A stretch of 64,000 nucleotides of DNA, taken from the NCBI GenBank assembly GCA_964491265.1, contig CAZBFP010000010.1, forward strand, positions 2,233 through 66,232, in the 5' to 3' direction. This document shows, in pieces, positions 9,959 through 18,979 of this stretch. A model generated the notes under the pieces. It searched no databases and was not told the origin of the DNA. It worked only from the letters and a program-made list of their open reading frames with translations. Position 1 is the stretch's first letter; the number at the start of each line of letters is the position of its first letter. The translations under genes were made by a program, and so were the position numbers. Origin of the DNA: an uncultured Leptospirales bacterium (GTDB lineage Bacteria; Spirochaetota; UBA4802; UBA5550).

Positions 9959-10217
9959 GGCTGGTGATGATACTGCTGTTAAAAAGCTGATTGATAATGT
10001 TCAGAGGGCTTATCTTAATAAGTATCTGATTAAACTTAATGATTCATGGCAGAAGGCGGTTGAATCTCATAATTTCAACTCAAGCCCGTTTATAAAGGAG
10101 AATTGTTTCTTTAATAAGAGTCGATTTATTGTATATTTCTGCACTATAATTATCTTTTTCACTTATTTTTGTTTTCTTCTTTACAAATAAAGGATATATT
10201 TTACTTATAAGTAAACA

Positions 10218-10667
10218 TTGATAATGAATGAACCGATAAAAAAGCATGGCGGGTATCTAATAGCTGCAGGTGAGCAGTTTGATATAATCGCAGCTATTAA
10301 TGGTAATGGGAAATCTCCGTTTTGGGAGTATTTTGCTACTTTGAATGAAGAGGTTATAAAAAGACTTCAGAAAGGTTCTAAAAGTAATAAAGATGTAAAA
10401 GATTATAAGACTCTTCAGTTTTATTTTGATAAATTTAGTAATAAAGGAAGGTGGAATAATAAGACTCAGCTGAATTCTCTTGATGATGGATTCTGGGAAT
10501 TCAAGAATGTTGATACAGGATTACGAGTCCCTTTTTATTATGATGAACAGAATAGAAAGGTTATAGTATTAACTCATTATTTTGAGAAGAAGTCTCAGAA
10601 AACTCCGGCTAAAGAAATAGAAAGAATGAAACAGATCAAAAAGGAGTTTGAGAATTACAGGGGGTAG
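10218..10667 (+). CDS. higB: HigB-type / Gp49-like (RelE-ParE superfamily) toxin
   Basis: GNGKSPFWEYF...DGFWEFKNVDTGLRVPFYYDEQNRKVIVLTHYFEKKSQKTPAKEIERMKQIKKEF follows the Gp49/DUF891 HigB pattern (GKSP..EF....G.WELR...RIFY.....IVLLHGF.KKTQKTP..EIE.AK). Confidence 0.8.
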   Translation: MIMNEPIKKHGGYLIAAGEQFDIIAAINGNGKSPFWEYFATLNEEVIKRLQKGSKSNKDVKDYKTLQFYFDKFSNKGRWNNKTQLNSLDDGFWEFKNVDTGLRVPFYYDEQNRKVIVLTHYFEKKSQKTPAKEIERMKQIKKEFENYRG

Positions 10668-10671
10668 TAAC

Positions 10672-10962
10672 ATGAGTGGATACAATATTTTTAACGATTC
10701 AATACCGGTAGAATTAAAAGATTTATATAACGAAGAATATGCACAAACCGAAGCACTCCTGAATGCAGCGAATCTTATCAGTGAAGCTATGGAGGAAAGT
10801 AGAATTAATCAGACTGAACTTGCGGAGCTTCTCGGAGTAAGCAGAGGCTATGTTTCAAGGTTACTCTCCGGGAATGAGAATATGTCAATAAAGAATGTTT
10901 CAAGAGTACTTCATGTTCTTGGTAAAAAATATATACAGACAACCGGGGATATACCTCGATAA
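10672..10962 (+). CDS. higA: XRE-family HTH antitoxin (HigA-like), 96 aa
   Basis: HTH INQTELAELLGVSRGYVSRLLSG. ATG at 10672 lies 8 nt after an AGGGGG RBS and 4 nt after the toxin stop. Order toxin then antitoxin is the HigBA arrangement. Confidence 0.75.
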   Translation: MSGYNIFNDSIPVELKDLYNEEYAQTEALLNAANLISEAMEESRINQTELAELLGVSRGYVSRLLSGNENMSIKNVSRVLHVLGKKYIQTTGDIPR

Positions 10963-11082
10963 AATAGTGGTAAAGTCGTATATTTTAAAGATTATTCGAA
11001 TGTCAATGTTGACAATGAAGATATTAAATGTGTTATACGAACAAATGAAACAGAGTCCAGATGGCTGGGAGCAGTTTAAAAG

Positions 11083-11487
11083 ATGGATATAGCTAAACAG
11101 CCCGGAATAATATGCAATTCAGTAATTCTTGTAGAATCAATCTTTAAGAGAGAACCTGAAATACCTCAGCATGTTAATATGGAAATGCAAATTGAAATAA
11201 ATAATTCAATCGCCCATGATTCATCGGCGTTGTCTTCAGAGGTTATACTTACGGTTAATAAGCCTGAATCCTCTGTATATGCCAAGGTCACTTATGTTGG
11301 TATTTTTACTGTTAATGATTCTCCAAATCTTGATCTTAATGAATTTGCGGACTGTAATGCACCGGCAATTATATTCCCATATATTAGGGAGGAGATCCAT
11401 AACAGAATGATGAAAGCCGGTATTCCCCTTATGATTTTACCTCCAATAAATATTAAAGCACTTGTCGATGCTTCTAAATGTAAATAG
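11083..11487 (+). CDS. SecB-like chaperone (candidate TAC-system chaperone)
   Basis: NAPAIIFPYIREEIHNRMMKAGIPLMILPPINIKALV aligns with the SecB C-terminal block [36 protein letters not shown]. Upstream region is beta-rich and SecB-like. Confidence 0.6.
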   Translation: MDIAKQPGIICNSVILVESIFKREPEIPQHVNMEMQIEINNSIAHDSSALSSEVILTVNKPESSVYAKVTYVGIFTVNDSPNLDLNEFADCNAPAIIFPYIREEIHNRMMKAGIPLMILPPINIKALVDASKCK

Positions 11488-11573
11488 CATTCTGTGTGTT
11501 GTTTATTATTTATGAATAATTGAACTTTCCGGATAATCCCTCTCTTTTCCATAATACTCAGGAGTTCCCGGTA

Positions 11574-12083
11574 TTGTTAACTAAACTCTTCATTAAGCTA
11601 CAGAAACTTGACCGGAATAAATACAGGAAGAGAGCATTGATTTCCGGCATTATACTCTTTATAATATTGGCACTTGACCTTCACAGGTTCGGGGCCTGGT
11701 ACATGGAATCGCGGACTTATGTGAAACCGTACTGGATTCCGGGGATACTTATAGTCAGTTATCCCATGTTTAAATATTCAATCTCGGGCCTGATTCAATA
11801 CCTGTCAGCAAAAGAGATGTTTAAAACTCTACACTTTGCTATGTTCTATATTTCATCTGCTCCCTTTACCTTTCCGGTTGCAGTAGTATATTTACACAGC
11901 TTCTTATTTAAAGATGTATTGCCTTGGTATGAAAAAGATATATTTAATCCCGGGCCTGAATTTTATCTTGCAGTTTTACTGGTGATTCTTTCCCCTCAGC
12001 CTTATATAGCTCTTGCATTATTTGCAGAATTTCACGCAACTTATATATGGCCCTGGCTGGAGAAGAAGATTAGCGGGGATTGA
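11574..12083 (+). CDS. Small polytopic membrane protein, copy A of a paralogous pair flanking the giant helicase gene
   Basis: TTG start 9 nt after an AGGAG RBS (11560-11564). DNA and protein homology with 16992-17507 begins exactly here. About 4 predicted TM segments. Ends ...IWPWLEKKISGD. Confidence 0.6.
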   Translation: MLTKLFIKLQKLDRNKYRKRALISGIILFIILALDLHRFGAWYMESRTYVKPYWIPGILIVSYPMFKYSISGLIQYLSAKEMFKTLHFAMFYISSAPFTFPVAVVYLHSFLFKDVLPWYEKDIFNPGPEFYLAVLLVILSPQPYIALALFAEFHATYIWPWLEKKISGD

Positions 12084-12233
12084 TATAGACATTTTCTGAC
12101 CGACAGAAAGTGGCTATATAAAATTAGAGCAAAAGCCTAAAAGAGCTTGAAGTTATGTTATGATGTGTATCATTGAACTGAGACTTAATATTACGTTATA
12201 TTTAAAATGATTTAATGCGTAAAGAGGAAAGAA

Positions 12234-15200
12234 ATGATTCAAACTACAGTTGCTGAGAAAAACCTTACCGAAGCTCGCCAAAAGCTTCTTGATTTAACAA
12301 TGAGAAATAAATTGTTAAATCATAGAGCATCAAAAAATAAATCTATAAGGGTTGTAGATGAAATTACACGAGAGATATATAACATTCTTGTTATCCAGCA
12401 TAAACAGATGGAGTTCAAATATAATCCTGAAACAGATAAAGTTGATGCATCAGAACTTTTATTTGAAGATGTTTCTCAAAATGAAGTGGACCAGCCCTCT
12501 ATCTGGAGTAATGAATCTAATAATGAAAAAGTTTCATCAAAACATCTTGATAAATATCTGCAAACAAATCTTGGGAATGAGGCATTGCAGAAAACCCTTT
12601 TCTTAATATACAACCAGGCAAAAACAGTAATGGAAGAACAGGGGTATACTGTGCTATTTCTGGCACTTGGATTTTTAGAATGGAAGGAAAGCAGCGATTC
12701 TATAAAACTAAGGCGATCTCCGCTTATATTGATTCCGGTGGAGTTGGAAAGAACTAATGTGCGTTCGGCGTTTAAATTAACTTGGACAGGTGATGAGATA
12801 TATTCTAATATTTCTCTACAGGCAAAACTTTCTGAGCAAAATGTCTCTATACCAAGTTTTGAAATGCCTGATGATAAACAGTATTTAGATCTTTACTTTG
12901 ATGAAATTATAGAAGCTTGTAAAAATCAAAAGGATTGGGGTATCACCCAGGATATTTATCTTGATTTCTTTAGTTTCACTAAATTTGTAATGTATAAAGA
13001 TTTGGACCCGATATCATGGATCGATAATCCTCCGCTTGATAGTCCTTTAATAAAAATGTTATTAGACCCGAACTATGTTCAGGAAGGAGGAGATAACTTT
13101 TTAGAAGAAGAGATTGATATAAAACTCTCTGCAAAGAGCACGTATAATATTATGGATGCAGATCCCTCACAGATTGTCGTTATCGAAAATGTTAAGCAAA
13201 AAATGAATATAGTTGTAGAAGGCCCTCCGGGGACAGGTAAATCTCAAACTATTACAAATTTAATCGCTGATCTTCTGGCAGAGGGAAAAAGTGTTCTTTT
13301 TGTAAGTGAAAAAATGGCGGCATTGGAAGTTGTTAAGAATAGACTTGATCTAGTTGGTTTAGGTGATTTTTGTCTTGAATTACATAGTCGTAAAACAAAT
13401 AAGAAAAATGTATTAGCAGAGTTGGAGCGTACATTCAAAAGACCTGTAGCATCTAAACTTGCCGAAGACACAAAATATCAAGAATTAGATGATATGAAGC
13501 TAAAGCTAAATAATTATGCCAGTGCACTCAAAGCTCAAGTCGGAAAGATAAAATGGACTCCATATAAATTGTTTTCACTGTATGAAGAAGCTGTTTGTTC
13601 TTTTGAAAAAAATGAGAAGGAATTCAAATCTGTGAAGATTGATGAACCTGAAGAAATTACTATAGAGGATTATCAGTCTGCAATTATGGCTTTAAATGAA
13701 TTTATGGATTTATTCGAACTAGTAGCTCCAATAGATTCTAATCCCTGGAAAGCATCTCGTCCCGACATAATATTGCCAGCAGATCAACAAAGAATAAAAG
13801 AAATAATTGATGATATTCAATCAAAGATAAAAGAGTTAAAGAAACAACTTGCGATAGTATCATCTGAATTTGCAATAATTAATCCGCCTAGCTTAAATGA
13901 ATTTGGAAATATTTTAGTACCTATTTTAGATTTATTGTCCAATTTCAAAAAGATTAATATTCAGGTATTGCTAAATAATTATAACGAATATGAGGCTTCA
14001 CAATTAATTCTTAATTTGAGGCAGTATAAAGTTTCTTTAGATAATATTAGAAATAGTTTTAATATAAACAAACTGGATGAAGATATATCAAAAATAGTTG
14101 ATGATTTTAAAACTCTATCAACCAGTTTCACACATCTATTCAAACCTTCCTATTATTGTAAACGAAAAGAATTTATATCATTATTTAGAAATCCTGTTAA
14201 AATTAAAAATGATTTGTTGATTCGAGAATTGGAAGGTGTGGTTTTATTTCAACAAAAGCGTGAAATGATCTACGGATATAAAGGGCTTGGTGATTCTTTG
14301 TTTGGTGAATACTGGAAAGGGATAGACTCTGATATTGATGAATTAGTTAATTTTGTTGCCTGGATTAAAAAATATCAAAATGCTTTAAATAATGGATGGA
14401 TTTTAAAACAAAACGCAGAGATTATGAATAACAATAAGTCAAATATTTCTTTAAATGAAACAGAAATAAATTTAAAAAATATTATCGTTCATATACAATC
14501 ACAATATTCAGAATTATCAGAAATTTTGAAATTGTCTGAATCCACGGAAGATTTTAATTCTATTGAATTTAGTGATCTGGAAAATAAGCTTAGTGATTGG
14601 ACAAGTAATTTGCATAGTTTACAAAAGTGGTCACATTATATAACCAAAAGAAGTGTTGTTTGTTGTAACATAGCGAAAGAATTGGTTCAGGAAATTGAAA
14701 ATGGTAAAATTGAAATTGAAGAAATAATTCCGGCCTTTAAGGGCAGTATTGCCAAAAGCCTGCTAGATTATTCTTTTAACCTTTATCCGGCTTTATCGGG
14801 TTTTCTTGGAGAAATTCATGATAAAAATATCAAACGCTTTTCTGAGTTAGATAATCAAATAATTCGTTTAAATCGACAAAGATTAGTTCATATTTTGTCT
14901 TCAAGAAGACCAACAATTTATAGCGGGAAATCAGATGGATCTGAAATGGGTATTTTGCAAGGGGAGTTTAATCGTAAAAGAGGGCATATGCCTATCCGAA
15001 AACTTCTATCAAATGCTGGTTCAATAATCCGAGGTGCAAAGCCTTGCTTTATGATGAGCCCATTATCTATTGCACAATTTTTATCACCAGCAAGTACACC
15101 TTTTGATGTAATAATTTTTGATGAAGCGAGCCAGGTCAAACCTGAAGATGCGTTAGGTGCTTTGATGCGAGGTCGCCAACTTGTAGTCATGGGAGACACA

Positions 15201-16988
15201 AAACAATTACCGCCTACAAGTTTTTTTGATCATATTGGTGAGGAGCTTGATTTTGATGAAGATGAGATGCTAATAACTGCTACGGAAAGTATACTTCATC
15301 AGTGCAAAAGGTGCTTCCCTGTAAAAATGTTGAAATGGCATTATAGGAGCAAACATGAATCATTAATTGCTGTATCAAATCAAGAATTCTATGAAAATGA
15401 ATTATTGATTTATCCGTCTTCCATAAAAACGGATAAGAATTTAGGCTTGTTTTTTAAATACCTTCCAGATACGATTTACGATCGTGGGAAAAGTTCAATT
15501 AATCGTTTGGAAGCAAGGGCAGTTGCCAAAGCCGCAATAGAGCATTATCAAAATAATCCCGATAAATCACTTGGTATTGGTACATTTAACATGAAACAGC
15601 AACAAGCTGTATTAGAAGAAATAGAACTGCAGCTAAAACATCATCCGGAAATGGAAGATTACTTTAAATCAAATGTCTCTGAGCATTTTTTTGTAAAAAA
15701 CCTAGAAACCATCCAAGGGGATGAACGAGATTTTATCATTATAAGTATCGGATTTGGTTATGATGCTGATAAAAAGTTGTCTGCAAATTTTGGTCCTCTT
15801 AATCACGAAGGCGGTGAAAGACGTTTAAATGTCTTGATAAGTCGTGCGCGGGAATGTTGTATTGTGTATTCAAACTTCAGGGCTGCAGACTTGAGTATAA
15901 GTGCGGAATCGTCAAAAGGTGTTAGATCTTTAAAAGTGTTTATAGATTATGCCGAGTCCCGAAATCTTCGGTCTACTGAACCAGTAAGTGAAGATACTGA
16001 CTCCCCATTTGAGGATTCTGTATATGATTTTCTATCTGATAATGGGCATATTGTTAGGAAACAGGTTGGTTGCGCTGGTTTCAGAATTGATTTAGCCATT
16101 GTTGACGAGAAAAACCCAGGTCGTTATCTACTTGCTATTGAATGTGATGGAGCGAAGTATCATAGCTCTCCTGTTGCAAGAGATCGGGATCGATTAAGAC
16201 AACAGATACTGGAAAAGTTAGGCTGGAATATTTATCGAATCTGGTCAACCGATTGGTATAGAAATAGACATATGGCCAAGCGGGCACTACTTAATTTTAT
16301 AGAGAAAATAAAGGTATCTAATCGATATAATACTTCAATGGATAATCAAACTTTACATGCAAGTGATTGTGAGATTAAATATAATGAACCTTTAATGACA
16401 GAAGATTATATCTCATTGATTGATTCTATACCTGAATATGAAATTTGTAATAGCCTGCTATTAAATACAAGTAGGCAAATACATGAAATAAATAGAACTT
16501 ACTTTTCATCCGCAATTGAAAGTATTGTTAATGTAGAAAGTCCTGTTCATATTGATGAAGTAATTAAAAGAATTCGGACATATTGGGGTTTGCAAAAAAC
16601 AGGGAGTCGTATCCGTGATCATTTGACTTTTGCCATAAAATATGCTACGAGAAATACTTCAATAGAACTTAGAAATAACTTTCTATATCTTAAGGATAAA
16701 CCAGTTATTGTTCGCAAGAGAACAAATGGTGAACCATCGCCGGATATTAACCTGATATGCGATGAAGAGATACAAGAAGCAATTTTACATGTATTAAAGA
16801 ATTTGTTTTCAACAGAGATCGATTCATTAGCTATTCAAGCTTCTCGTCTTTTTGGAATTCAAGCGACAAGAGCTATCACGCATAATCGAATAAAGGAAAA
16901 CATATTTTTACTACAAAAACAACATCGTATAGATATTGATTCAAAAAACACTGTAAGAATAATTTCATTTAGCTCAGGAATGAATTGA
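12234..16988 (+). CDS. 1584-aa multidomain protein: DUF4011-like N-terminus, SF1 Upf1/DNA2-like helicase (AAA_11/AAA_12), PD-(D/E)xK DUF559/Vsr-like nuclease-like domain, DUF3320-like tail; candidate defence helicase-nuclease
   Basis: Strong RBS AGAGGAAAG before the ATG. N-terminus has LLDLTMRNKLLN and FLALGFLEW...SPLILIPVEL (DUF4011 hallmarks as recalled). Walker A VVEGPPGTGKSQTI, Walker B VIIFDEASQ, then HYRS..ESLI..SN, QGDERDFIIIS and ERRLNVLISRARE helicase motifs. C-terminal GFRIDLAIVDE...LAIECDGAKYHSS...WNIYRIWSTDW matches the DUF559 restriction-endonuclease-like fold. Confidence 0.8.
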   Translation: MIQTTVAEKNLTEARQKLLDLTMRNKLLNHRASKNKSIRVVDEITREIYNILVIQHKQMEFKYNPETDKVDASELLFEDVSQNEVDQPSIWSNESNNEKVSSKHLDKYLQTNLGNEALQKTLFLIYNQAKTVMEEQGYTVLFLALGFLEWKESSDSIKLRRSPLILIPVELERTNVRSAFKLTWTGDEIYSNISLQAKLSEQNVSIPSFEMPDDKQYLDLYFDEIIEACKNQKDWGITQDIYLDFFSFTKFVMYKDLDPISWIDNPPLDSPLIKMLLDPNYVQEGGDNFLEEEIDIKLSAKSTYNIMDADPSQIVVIENVKQKMNIVVEGPPGTGKSQTITNLIADLLAEGKSVLFVSEKMAALEVVKNRLDLVGLGDFCLELHSRKTNKKNVLAELERTFKRPVASKLAEDTKYQELDDMKLKLNNYASALKAQVGKIKWTPYKLFSLYEEAVCSFEKNEKEFKSVKIDEPEEITIEDYQSAIMALNEFMDLFELVAPIDSNPWKASRPDIILPADQQRIKEIIDDIQSKIKELKKQLAIVSSEFAIINPPSLNEFGNILVPILDLLSNFKKINIQVLLNNYNEYEASQLILNLRQYKVSLDNIRNSFNINKLDEDISKIVDDFKTLSTSFTHLFKPSYYCKRKEFISLFRNPVKIKNDLLIRELEGVVLFQQKREMIYGYKGLGDSLFGEYWKGIDSDIDELVNFVAWIKKYQNALNNGWILKQNAEIMNNNKSNISLNETEINLKNIIVHIQSQYSELSEILKLSESTEDFNSIEFSDLENKLSDWTSNLHSLQKWSHYITKRSVVCCNIAKELVQEIENGKIEIEEIIPAFKGSIAKSLLDYSFNLYPALSGFLGEIHDKNIKRFSELDNQIIRLNRQRLVHILSSRRPTIYSGKSDGSEMGILQGEFNRKRGHMPIRKLLSNAGSIIRGAKPCFMMSPLSIAQFLSPASTPFDVIIFDEASQVKPEDALGALMRGRQLVVMGDTKQLPPTSFFDHIGEELDFDEDEMLITATESILHQCKRCFPVKMLKWHYRSKHESLIAVSNQEFYENELLIYPSSIKTDKNLGLFFKYLPDTIYDRGKSSINRLEARAVAKAAIEHYQNNPDKSLGIGTFNMKQQQAVLEEIELQLKHHPEMEDYFKSNVSEHFFVKNLETIQGDERDFIIISIGFGYDADKKLSANFGPLNHEGGERRLNVLISRARECCIVYSNFRAADLSISAESSKGVRSLKVFIDYAESRNLRSTEPVSEDTDSPFEDSVYDFLSDNGHIVRKQVGCAGFRIDLAIVDEKNPGRYLLAIECDGAKYHSSPVARDRDRLRQQILEKLGWNIYRIWSTDWYRNRHMAKRALLNFIEKIKVSNRYNTSMDNQTLHASDCEIKYNEPLMTEDYISLIDSIPEYEICNSLLLNTSRQIHEINRTYFSSAIESIVNVESPVHIDEVIKRIRTYWGLQKTGSRIRDHLTFAIKYATRNTSIELRNNFLYLKDKPVIVRKRTNGEPSPDINLICDEEIQEAILHVLKNLFSTEIDSLAIQASRLFGIQATRAITHNRIKENIFLLQKQHRIDIDSKNTVRIISFSSGMN

Positions 16989-16991
16989 TAA

Positions 16992-17507
16992 ATGCTGTTA
17001 ACTAAACTCTTCATTAAACTTCAAAAACTTGACCGGAATAAATACAGAAAACGGGCATTGATTTCTGGTACTATCCTCATTACTATATTGGCACTGGATC
17101 TGCACAGGTTCGGTGCCTGGTACATGGAGTCCCGGACTTATGTGAAACCGTACTGGATTCCGGGGATACTTATAGTCAGTTATCCCATGTTTAAATATTC
17201 CCTGTCCGGTCTTATACAATATCTTGCCTCAAGACAAATGTTTAGAGCTCTTTATTTCCTGATGTTTTTTATAGCTGCATTGCCATTCTCATTCTGTAAT
17301 CCCCAAACCTTGAGAATATTTGCATGGGGAGGGAGACCCTGGTATGAGAAGGATATTTTTAGTTCCGGGGCGGAATTTTATATCGGGCTGGCATGGATTA
17401 TACCTACAGTTTTAATATTTATGGTAATATCTTTAGCGGTAGGATATTATAATGACCATATATGGCCCTGGCTGGAGAAGAAGATCAGCGGGGAGAAAGA
17501 TTCATAA
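16992..17507 (+). CDS. Small polytopic membrane protein, copy B, starting 4 nt after the helicase stop
   Basis: First 65 aa and last 12 aa nearly identical to copy A. Central part about 50% identical. A 66-bp DNA stretch (acttatgtgaaaccgtactgg...gtttaaatattc) is identical between the copies. Confidence 0.65.
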   Translation: MLLTKLFIKLQKLDRNKYRKRALISGTILITILALDLHRFGAWYMESRTYVKPYWIPGILIVSYPMFKYSLSGLIQYLASRQMFRALYFLMFFIAALPFSFCNPQTLRIFAWGGRPWYEKDIFSSGAEFYIGLAWIIPTVLIFMVISLAVGYYNDHIWPWLEKKISGEKDS

Positions 17508-17546
17508 GGCTATACCGGATAGTAAAACTGGAAATTATTATAATTG

Positions 17547-17575
17547 TTGACACATTCGATAGAAATACCTATACT
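17547..17575 (+). promoter_or_regulatory. Near-consensus sigma70-type promoter TTGACA-17-TATACT reading towards the integrase remnant and tRNA
   Basis: TTGACA at 17547-17552, 17-nt spacer, TATACT at 17570-17575. Confidence 0.4.
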
Positions 17576-17810
17576 TGTTTGTAGTTATAGGTAATTTTAT
17601 CAGGACTGAGAAGTAAGCATTTTAATTGTGGTTCTTCACTCTCTGCCATTTACAACCTCGAATTATTCTCAGAATATCACTCAATTAGTAAGAGTCCATA
17701 GATAGCAAGAAGTATCTTCGGGGATGAAGTTTAAAAAGAAATCTCTCAAGTTCTTCATCTGTCATATATTCATAATCCTGAGATTTCTCCGGGTGCATGT
17801 ATACAGTCAG

Positions 17811-17972
17811 TCTCTGCTCAATATGGGTGTCAGCCTGGAGGATATACAGAGCCTTCTTGGACATCAGGATATTACCACAACGCAGAGAAGATATGCGCAA
17901 CATGCCAGGCCTGATCTGCTGGATAAGGGGAGCAAAATTGATAATGTGATTAAAATTCAGCGGTTCGGCTGA
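17811..17972 (+). pseudogene. C-terminal remnant (about 53 aa) of a tyrosine recombinase / phage-type integrase
   Basis: LLNMGVSLEDIQSLLGHQDITTTQRRYAQHARPDLL matches the integrase C-terminal box (LLGHssi.tTq.Y.H) with the catalytic Tyr. Upstream part of the ORF is not integrase-like. Lies directly beside the tRNA 3' end. Confidence 0.7.
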
Positions 17973-18000
17973 AAATCCATGGCAATCCTAAGGCAATCGA

Positions 18001-18048
18001 AAACATGCCCGTTATGCGGAAATAGATAACCCCTGATTAAATCAGGGG
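18001..18048 (-). terminator. Possible intrinsic terminator hairpin for the tRNA transcript
   Basis: cccctga-ttaaa-tcagggg hairpin (18030-18048) follows the tRNA 3' end on the minus strand and is followed by a U-rich tract (uuaucuauuucc). Confidence 0.35.
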
Positions 18049-18053
18049 TTATG

Positions 18054-18127
<74 letters not shown>

Positions 18128-18190
18128 ATTCTATATAGCAGGTATAGTCGTTTATTATACCCGTCCATGTCAATTAAATTAAATAAGAAA

Positions 18191-18970
18191 CTATGGATAA
18201 ACCCTTACAAAATTCTTATCAAAGCTGTTGAAATCAGGTTCATGAAAATTAAGGACCCGGTAGTTCCCTTCTGCTAAACGTTTTATAATCGCCATATTGT
18301 TTTTGTGATTATAAAATGCTCCTATACCGATCTGTTCCTCAACATTTTTTGAGTAAATAACTTCATCGCCGGTAAAGCAGAATTCAACATCATTATGCTT
18401 GAGAAAAACAACAGATGAACCTGCAGAATGACCGCCGACTTTCTCTATTGAAATATTGTCATAGAGCTGTGTTGTGTCCTGAAATGTAATAACCCGGTTG
18501 CTCTTTTTTAAAAAATCTTTTATATCAAGTAGTCCTCTCAAGTTAAAGAACTGCCTGAATTCATCCTTCTGGATATAAATGTTTGCCTGCTTGAATTTAT
18601 GCACAGATCCGATATGATCAAAATGAGCATGTGTAATAATTATATCTGTAATCTCATCAGGATCGATACCGTTTTCTTTTAGAATTTCAGCAGGATCTTT
18701 AAAATTCTGAAGATTATAGAGCTTAATCAGGTTGGGGTTATTGAATCCTGTATCAACAAGAATTTTTATACCCTTATAGTTTATATAATAAAATTTCCAT
18801 GCAAAGGGGATTTTATCCTCCCCTTTGTAATTATGGAAAATATATTTTTTTGGATACATGGAATCCGCGTATTTTATTTCATATATCTGAAGTTCATTAT
18901 CACCGCTTTTACTGCAGTAGAGAATTGAAGCGGCAACAATTAAAATAATCGCGAATAACTTTTTAATCAC
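18191..18970 (-). CDS. MBL-fold metallo-hydrolase, probable lipoprotein
   Basis: HxHxDH zinc motif IITHAHFDHIGS. N-terminal signal with a lipobox-like ILYC. Confidence 0.75.
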   Translation of the reverse strand: MIKKLFAIILIVAASILYCSKSGDNELQIYEIKYADSMYPKKYIFHNYKGEDKIPFAWKFYYINYKGIKILVDTGFNNPNLIKLYNLQNFKDPAEILKENGIDPDEITDIIITHAHFDHIGSVHKFKQANIYIQKDEFRQFFNLRGLLDIKDFLKKSNRVITFQDTTQLYDNISIEKVGGHSAGSSVVFLKHNDVEFCFTGDEVIYSKNVEEQIGIGAFYNHKNNMAIIKRLAEGNYRVLNFHEPDFNSFDKNFVRVYP

Positions 18971-18979
18971 AGCATCCCC

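Noticed and set aside
9888-10190. 100-aa ORF after RhuM
   Set aside because: Overlaps the RhuM 3' end in another frame and ends in a hydrophobic low-complexity tail. Interpreted as a frameshifted or decayed RhuM C-terminus rather than an independent gene.
10895-11092. 65-aa ORF between higA and the SecB-like gene
   Set aside because: No RBS or motif. Overlaps the SecB-like start and is likely spurious.
18128-18190. Promoter for tRNA-Arg (TTGACA and TATAAT hexamers on the minus strand)
   Set aside because: The two hexamers are only 8 nt apart, so they cannot form one sigma70 promoter. No confident call.
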